A stretch of 64,000 nucleotides of DNA from a virus: the IMG/VR virus record IMGVR_UViG_3300045988_019905. One strand, 5' to 3'. How positions within the stretch are numbered: the first letter of the stretch is position 1; the number at the start of each line of letters is the position of its first letter. The notes beneath the pieces were generated by a model. That model had not been told where the DNA came from, made no database searches, and saw only the letters and a list, made by a program, of their open reading frames with translations. Positions 37,901-42,300 of the stretch are shown here, piece after piece. A program made the position numbers and the translations under genes.

Positions 37901-39290
37901 GTTCTTTAAGTTGACGAACTACATCATCAAATTTAGTAGCATTAGCTTGAGCAACAGAAGATTGAAGATTACCACGACGAGCGCTCTTAACTCCCGATAC
38001 TTTACCTGATGATTTAAATCTCTTAAATGCTTCATCAAGTTCATCAATTTGTCCCTCAATATCAATATTATCAGTCTGAATAGAACTACCTTTTAAATCA
38101 TTACGAAGATTAAAATATAGTTTACGAACAGGATTATTAGAAGTATTACTTTGAATAGATTTAATAGAACCAAAACCATCAATAGTAACTTCAAGTTTAT
38201 CAATAGTAAATTTATTTAAATCAGTATATATCTTATTAGCTAAATCAGAATTAGCACGCATATCATTAGCCAATTTAATAAATGCTGCAAATTCTTTCTT
38301 ATTATTAGCAACAACTTCAATAGCATCAATAAAATCATTAATAGATTTAAAACCGCCAAGATTACTAATAATATTAGAAAGTTCAATAGTACATTCTTGA
38401 TAAGTATGACAAGTAGGAACTCCAAGAGGATTACTACGGTCTACATCATAACGTCCATCATTATAACGTTGAGTACTATTAAAACGCTGCAAACTATCAA
38501 AGTATTGTCTAACTACTTCACTAATATGTTCAGTATAATTAGCAATATTAGAACCAAAATCCCATTGTTTAGTACTAAGGTCTACTTCATCTCCTTGTTC
38601 TACATCAGTGATAACATCTTCAGTATTATCACTCATAAGAGACAATTTGAAAGCCTCATCTTGAAAATCAGTATTACGTCCAAGAGCAGCAACTTTACTA
38701 TTATAGAATACTTCATTCCAAAAGTCTGGGTCACCAAGAGCACTTTGAACTAAATCTTTAAAGTTACGTTCTTGGTCAGTTCCATTTTCTTCAATAGCAT
38801 AATAGGCAGCTTCGATATTATTAATATCAAAACTGCCATATTGATTAGCTTTAACTATAAGTTGTTTTTTAAGAGCATTCTTTGCAGTAGCAATAAGACT
38901 TGTAACGTAATTCTCTTTACGTTTATCTGCATCAGAAGTTCTATAATTAACTGTACTAATAAGGTCTGCACAATATTGAGTAGCAGTATCAAACGCAGCT
39001 TGACTACGAAAAGCATACATACCACTATTAGCATTTACTTTAGAAGTATTATTAACATTAAAGAAGTTTCTATTACGATACTCTTTAATAAGACGACGGA
39101 GAACATTCTTGTTAATACTTTCAAGATTATCCGTCTTAGCAACTGCATCTTCTCTACAATATTGAAGGAATCCATCAGTTTTGAGAAGTGCTCCAAGTTT
39201 ATAACAATCAGCAGGATTGTTATTTTCGAGTTCCTTAATTACATCATTAACTTTAGGAACATTATGAAATTCAATAGAACATCCGTCCAT
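25929..39290 (-). CDS. giant virion protein containing a crAss-type virion RNA polymerase core (4453 aa)
   Basis: Single uninterrupted 13.4-kb ORF. TGSDFDVDSIYG (DFDVD at 34413-34427, about aa 1622-1626) matches the DxDxD metal-binding motif of the YonO/phi14:2 gp66-like two-barrel RNAP found in the largest proteins of crAss-like phages. It is the last gene of the internal-protein block. The C-terminal part has hydrophobic Gly/Ala-rich segments. Confidence 0.65.
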   Translation of the reverse strand: MDGCSIEFHNVPKVNDVIKELENNNPADCYKLGALLKTDGFLQYCREDAVAKTDNLESINKNVLRRLIKEYRNRNFFNVNNTSKVNANSGMYAFRSQAAFDTATQYCADLISTVNYRTSDADKRKENYVTSLIATAKNALKKQLIVKANQYGSFDINNIEAAYYAIEENGTDQERNFKDLVQSALGDPDFWNEVFYNSKVAALGRNTDFQDEAFKLSLMSDNTEDVITDVEQGDEVDLSTKQWDFGSNIANYTEHISEVVRQYFDSLQRFNSTQRYNDGRYDVDRSNPLGVPTCHTYQECTIELSNIISNLGGFKSINDFIDAIEVVANNKKEFAAFIKLANDMRANSDLANKIYTDLNKFTIDKLEVTIDGFGSIKSIQSNTSNNPVRKLYFNLRNDLKGSSIQTDNIDIEGQIDELDEAFKRFKSSGKVSGVKSARRGNLQSSVAQANATKFDDVVRQLKELYKTYFPSMNELAIDNYIERNNQTVATHRNDNVDKLISYLRTVNSAAKQSLAEKEDRDFKYREVQRENRRRFADYQQAQMAGVTDAKYVEKELPKFDGEYLRGADEVLGNIAQAIEPYVYSKAELNSRNVEGNLNSDIIYNNFITNIAKICGDRDVLNAWVKEKLKSTEYAYSNILIDRPEQGIVGLFRIKPNGEYELSPYAEKLISPYLLNGVSNQQAGTNADYTKMSDGDYYLVGLYAYHKKLQTYKKYNTATANGRQIETAPFLMRIPSDAPKNFAVSMPKYSTDGLWNYDKAAMTAYTKFRINELIKVADLSIADEQLTKFNAMNASVDEVVNLVMNTPERIKTSPAKVLNLKPKVGERQTIAYVISKPNEGYQYHYFSGILSDDGKGSYYIENPTYQGQAIFSDELSEYRSAITQLVEEEFKTNHPEARNINKSHPLYNGFLNILKGELFDYYKALYDVEHNDKEHLVEWFHYNPKKGIRDKGKLTGNAFKFTKLDSTVGYNVEQAMDELVASTSSTGGIQLTGYSESANASASITFDANVEDQLDNIVTKWIDAYQQYFVRETHNKFGSFLEGIADYEITEYGLNAYLHFANFDDLFEGNSKYYKDPQTFLKRAKESQAGGTSYSIANYKVVQENDSPFTQSVNEVAGTYLSVGDEALKFPNGKAVTLRTGWNAVTIKNSIRPSTNRNMLYNKLIEAGTNKDKAREIAEGFGYVPEENEGETSATTTTVNDAQSYITIYEAARRLKILGEYPKYAKLIKQLTDATTDVNQINPNDLQAFIQVMKNFYYDHYYNNRFGRHLPRQIKNAEFVLVPKFLEGTSLGELANFMIENDIDQVNTQETSKAANYDVLTYWDNEGVVTPDNLAAFKEKAIKVKQPFSYMYLYKQQDVPQHITDAQNKAGIQVMKKILDNSQAAVSSHKNNFIKAYVANIREDFNALMDKYGIKFDRNYRIIGDNNGKVDYTRIYKLAMVEAARLGLDSNTIDYLSVKNGDAGPVMPNYMNIVSSKIESIAQSQFNKFITRQKLPGWHAAQVTSVGLDGLIKKSKQLKAGETIETDTGERVELGYHKDGSEVEILLPKWAKAMFNQYDENGNLVKEIRIEDIDEEVLKCIGYRIPTEGKQSMAVMKVVGFLPEWMGSTIVVPDEWVTQTGSDFDVDSIYGIAYETYLGKDGRIHKVEFSDSTAEAATYGRYVSHVLRNSDKERITRDMLQVDRDTKQSIKDKYFEVIRKSNKDLEDYLEKRVKELLDEGDTYHELPDEFKPIVDGFLRNKELKFADRVSGLLSIMPTYSRLYGDNPAFIQFYDKYSRIADVIAEQRDMFRRINDNANSLTIDDIKELSRDKFGDIINERAVAFGLPTYEEFKQLPIEDQNNRRARNNRIVDSMIAIMNDKSSLEENLARSNFDDITAANKALDKLDAVGAKQRNVYNLFDQIQFHRNAMGGATLKAFSVARDTGNSVFNVAKAELSVPIRVRYGNRVNLDIAAQAFPVKDGIVYHNRIGNSKNNKNVVGDYITVASSHTTAHILDAIKEGAIKNENEYTFAAFKTLFDIGCDAYTAMAWLRQPGVSRIVEAYYESQSVFVRGNYNPIHTAIKRVAHDLGVKVRNEVVTDNNNITEVMTALQQQYGEEFAKMYPNSTISFDNRDNADVFTIDVPTIEERFAAQNAGLYDESTLLIDLAAILNFNYINDYSRIIANHVKVLNPDKFGAKQTIFSTRKVIDDISAILSSDDAARLKVKDKPLLEAIYPGITAATEEGAFMPSIYLSSNNEDSAYPILDGFLRYSTVPSILINQGLFETESYAFTNAIKSIQNYLGGTVNEKLYNDFKKYVLEHMYKNNSAIISQPIELERNGNIAVDILTASKVESEGRSPVEDEERRIYGFGYDINYDINIANVANPTQEEVNAFSKLTPAQKVHFVQRHLSGSQRTIFNSLNVNLFNGYEFRTRGISSQVIRFDDQQQDMESVYKMFDAAFNNTNPIIRLTAIDIIKYAFVVEGYQFRRGNVSKVIKNSALYTSREDGGTGIIDSIRFGVSAISDKELVANNIYEDYIRSHSNIPQIPTYRVRFNKGKSNLTYLPNSQKMYYFNLGTAKDTELAKEIRIVRDITDKLGKTKTVLATNYINIVRNKVSTLYKVAIYGEGNNREIYLIPLNQLEANEHGEFSSNPLNNKYPAARYYEAIIQQSRDKLMPFSRLAEEKNELFTKEGIEPYKYKKPTVDKEVIVPTDKNFIATISSEDAAVRNLIRRINDKFANPNTKVYWAWNGSQTLKQAFGTLNIQSRQTIVDNNGVERDYLISRRSVKLNKKISDDAQLEGLELAKRNGVKSTDSIYLITPYKEAETIEVEKNAEDVEHASSIDMDIESTNISKLGNLAQQFLLDIKTRARVSSDENASIAYEDILKYGVDESKIASIEERKQDTIKRASEYYITKAHEIERRLNDFMKDNEGNSHSIVSSYTIEMIQANEQLRNDYISLVLQASTFGNSFPLINQIATDNVDDTTRRNIKGIQETINNIKNNPILKEGFEVVAEKIFKPLSTNPNFDKGLSNITNYILKDASVLDWLFQDAQELSYPIVQIILRQAKTKIDKLMFEGDEYVRNYKKQLATIKADAAKAGKSIDWNHIVDPVTGRFVSNYTDDFINDKREINKKVAEAKDKYGEYSREYLRARHEKEQWYLDNAEQRYVPEYYRRKVENEAKMLTDYNIDYYIKYLRLNDERNRLLRIFKGNRTEEDNANIKRLGSEIREMQNHIDFNTGEWKSQNDYNRAISLKAYIDEVTKIKKAFFERETREGFAEDLKHYLGIINKYKHFDSAGRQIENEAALLQIDEYASAVEWLNENTYYRIDEKLQAAINDAFAVFNDGKEEKNPQFRSIIQHTDGAYDNYGVIDGRQFTEKQVEAIKKEQEAQIANRANDGTSAEVKLLRNKAPITEIYSKKFYAGFSSATTPSPVVSHTRNAIVKEINDILKDALNPNTGKIKLSDLTIDQIRELSGLYDRLDETKRLHRKDEKVKKFLKEEVEFHTDKVTYAIDEDAAKQKGKEFFAAWRTIANAKNYDENGIFIGYTNEPNSDIFGYVTPKLDDNGNVINKDYVDEKRSKALKFLNENVEFVPTSYYWQAREDAIKAGKLKEFEDANHILNPLTGKMEPIRIWTTIQVKDESGNARNYAPSYNNTRSKPLPNTVNPNYNRYTANYNGSDKYRKADTANEYERNIRGLMQNMLYDLTKDNNTAMSFVSKGLFPRRRRVEANFGNTVKAAFNAIGFGQSLDPDRHISDNIGYEYDRETNIPLLAQLKDKSYRKLEEIPEQGLTESDEDYKARVEDIKKRNEEAIEHNKKIDVQLMDKDYESVFEEFIKGAIQANAKTQTKLDLYYLLEYMRTQAQAYRLTGFNNLAVDRRTSTEDRKVYKTQVPQRTIDLIETWSKRFLFDEYKGKNTWDKFAAVGQNIASAKYMMFNITGGIGNVLTGATNIFMERYAGEYFNHADWENAKFGYYVKAMPAFLTNMGSDTSNNLTDAIIKLMGVVDYNGIRETARTVDAIEIINKMRNFAYSPQSAGEHFMQNTAMIAMMISNRVYKNQKGEIVIGDFHNYNRMLEDVALRKVIEGNTELEELYAKFINRVKEDKNRLKDYLWFKKDVNTEFLRSLSDKTYGLRYAEVRNELTKEAKKEFDTLPKLIDQFELKDGYAKLKDDSLVDLGKLAAFKGKVVSVNKKIHGVYDRLGGARIESSWVFGSLLMQYHKHIYTGALKHFRNNGYYNESRESIERGFYVSLWDFATTEFKGIGDRAKAKANDDGTNIFIAGVQQVCRAFIDTFLNYKFNYATMSNAERANVRRALGELTGIAYGLLGGIAASCALIAADDDDEAAKIIANLALYQADRLSSETIMYNIGAVSEFDKLWSSPVALGQSFKDVQSAFGFIAKYFIEGDEFNPNYTTGLYKGENKLSVYVKRQIPIYRGINRIMQLDQNNKYYKLTENMLGIIPTQSIAEWVVNGK
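28174..28193 (-). repeat. GC-rich dispersed motif copy (inside the giant gene)
   Basis: CTTCTTCTACGGGGGAAAAG. The coding strand encodes FPRRRR. Confidence 0.8.
32267..32285 (-). repeat. GC-rich dispersed motif copy (inside the giant gene)
   Basis: CATCCTCTACGGGGGAACG. The coding strand encodes SPVEDE. Confidence 0.9.
36331..36352 (+). repeat. GC-rich dispersed motif copy (inside the giant gene)
   Basis: CCCCCCGTAGAGGATGTGGAGG. The coding strand encodes STSSTGG. Confidence 0.9.
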
Positions 39291-39313
39291 AGGTTTATCT
39301 TTATAAGAACGTC

Positions 39314-39355
39314 CGGCAGACGAGCGATTTTAAGGCTCTCTGCCGAACTTTCTTG
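39314..39355 (-). repeat. R2-D: partial copy of the conserved element embedded in a long hairpin
   Basis: CGGCAGA-C-GAGC-GATTTTAAG-GCTC-TCTGCCG (39314-39345). The reverse complement contains GAGCCTTAAAATCGCTC. The box ends 37 nt upstream of ATG 39290. Confidence 0.6.
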
Positions 39356-39372
39356 TTTATAGCTTTACTTCT

Positions 39373-42300
39373 TTATAGGCAATAAATTTTCGTCTCACCA
39401 GCAGCCAAAGAACGGTCAAATTCGGTACGTTCGGCGGCTGTAAGTCCGGTACGAATAGACGCCATGTTTGGCACACTTAGATTATCACCTGTAATATCAA
39501 TAGAACTAAACATATCACTAATATCAACATCAAGTCCCATAGTATCATCCGCTTGTTGAGACAGTTCAGCAGCAGTACTTTCTTGTTCATTAATGACGGT
39601 TGTAATAGGGGGAGTAGGTTCTTCTACTTTATTATTAACATCATCTTGAATAAGTTTCTCTTCAACACTCTTTATATCTTTGAACTTCTTACCAAATGCT
39701 CTAAGTTCTTGAGCTAAAAGAGTATTATCTTTAATCTTATTAAATCCAAATAGTTGTCTAATAAGCTCTATAATCTTCTGCCATAGATTAGGTCGTTTAA
39801 CATCAGCAGTAACTTTCTTAGTACTACTAATATTATTAAGAGCTTCATTAAGAACATTATTAGTAAGACTTTCAACAATAAATTCTTCAAGCATATACGT
39901 ATAATCCTTATTAGGAAAACTTGCAGGGTCAACTACTTTACGAAGTTGAGCAATATAATTATCTCTATCATAGAGATTATCTTGTATATGCTTAGTAAAA
40001 TCTGGATAAGCATCAGGATTATTAAGAGCATTAATAAACGCATCACGAATAGCGCTAATCTCGTCTATGAAAATTTGAGATTGCATAATACCATTATCAT
40101 AGATACGTTTATGAAGTTGTTCATGAGCAAGAACTCTAACAGCTTTATATTGACTACCACGAGCTAAATTAAAGAATGGTTTAAATAATGTAATACTACC
40201 ATCAGCAGTATGATAAACTGCATAATCGGTATTATCATTAAAAGTATCAATAGAAACATTAGCAGGAAGTATTTCATCTAATATAGCTTTATCAGCAGCA
40301 GTTAGAAATTCAGGAGCAGTAGCTTTGATAATATCATTAGTAGGTACATTGTCTTGGTCACCACGTTGTTCGAGAGCATTAATAGCAGCTTGTCTTGCTG
40401 TCTCTGCATCCTCTACGGGGCGCAGCACTTCATATTCAATCCGAACTTTTTGTTTAGCTGAATCATCTTTAGGATTAGGTCTAAAGTTACTTTCATAACC
40501 ACCAATATTAGTCTTACCTAATCTAATCTTACCAGTACCGTTCTTGATAATATAATCAAGATAATTACCATAATTGTAAGATTTATCTCCAAATGTAACA
40601 GTTAGTGAACCATTATCCTCATGTTTAACATAACGATTGCTATCTGTACCTCTGGCAATACCATGACTCATACTATAAACAGAACTATCAAGAAGTTTAT
40701 TAACAACATCTGCTAATTCTGTTTCAAGAGTACCACCCCAACCAGTTCTACCAACACCAGCACCACTAACTTGAGTAGGATTCAATGTAATACCTGTGCC
40801 TAAGTCTGTACTATCATTCTTAAACTTATAGATAGTAATCATTGGTATATCACTTCCAGCAGTAGTTATAATTATACGATTATTATATTCAATACAATTA
40901 ACTCCATCTATAAAGTTCTTAACACCAAAGATTGACATAAGTCTATCTTTAAGTTCTTCAAATGTAATATTTCCTTGTTGACGTTCTCTAATAGAATTAA
41001 GTACTTCATCACGAATAGCAGCACCTAATCCATTATTATAATTAACAGCTTGAGGAATAACTTTAGCATAGAAAGGCTCATTAGTTCCATTAGGAACAAT
41101 AACTACCATATTACGATTCTTAAATCCAGCTTTGATTCTAACAGTTCCATTAGTGATATCATGTATTTCTCCGTCAGCAGCAATAGCTCCAAGATGAATA
41201 TCATCATAATTAAAACCTACAATAGCTTTATCAATAGCGGCAGGAGTAACATCATCTCCAAAGATTGCTTCTCCTCGACTAATATATTTAACAGTAATCT
41301 TTATATTATCTTGATTATCAATAATATTATCAACCATTTTATAGTTGTTATATTGTTTAGCAATCCAATCTACATAAGATTGATAGTTTGCATCAAGATT
41401 ATCACTTACATTATAAAGATAAACACTACCTATACTTCTAAGTAGTCTAACAGCATTATCATTATTAGTATTTTTATTCTTAACTTGATTAAGAAGTTCT
41501 TTAGTAAGACTATTGTTCCAGAACTTATCAATATCTTCTTGAGTAAGTCTTCCAGCTTTATTCTTATAAAGAGCATCTATAAACTCTTTAGCTTCTTCAC
41601 TAAGAACTCCATTTTGAGGATTAAGTTGGTCAAACAGGTCATCCAACGTACTACTATAACCATCTTCATTATATCTGATTTCATAAGTTAAATAACCATT
41701 ATCAAATATATATCCATCATTGTCAGCAGTTCGTTTAGCTCTTGAATTAAATCCTATCTTAGCATCTATTGGACCAGCAGGACTATTAACCGTAGTCCAA
41801 AACTCAACTCCTTGCGATTTAACAACAGGAATAAGAGGTTGTCCAACAGCTAAAGAAGCGAGAGCTTGTTTACCAAAATCATTATCTGTTCTAACTCCGA
41901 TATTATTATCAAGTTCAGGATTCTCACGCTCTTGGTCTTGTACCAACTCCATCAACTTTTCACGACTAAGAGCAACATCTCTTGGGGATATATTGATAAG
42001 ATTCTCATCAACTCCCGATACAAGATAAGCACTCAAATCGTTATAGAGTTTGTTCACCGTTTCAAATGTAGCATTACTTTCGTTAATTGCAAATCTCATT
42101 AGACTAATTATATTAAAATAATCCTTTCCACCTATTGATAGAATATTATTATCAGCTTTATAAATATCTATGAGATTCCTAAAGTATTCTGCACGATTAG
42201 CTTCATCAGCAGTCATAAGTTTAGCAATCACAAAATCTATACTACTTGCGTGTTCTCCATTATTCATTTCTTGAACACTATTATAAATATATCGAATACT

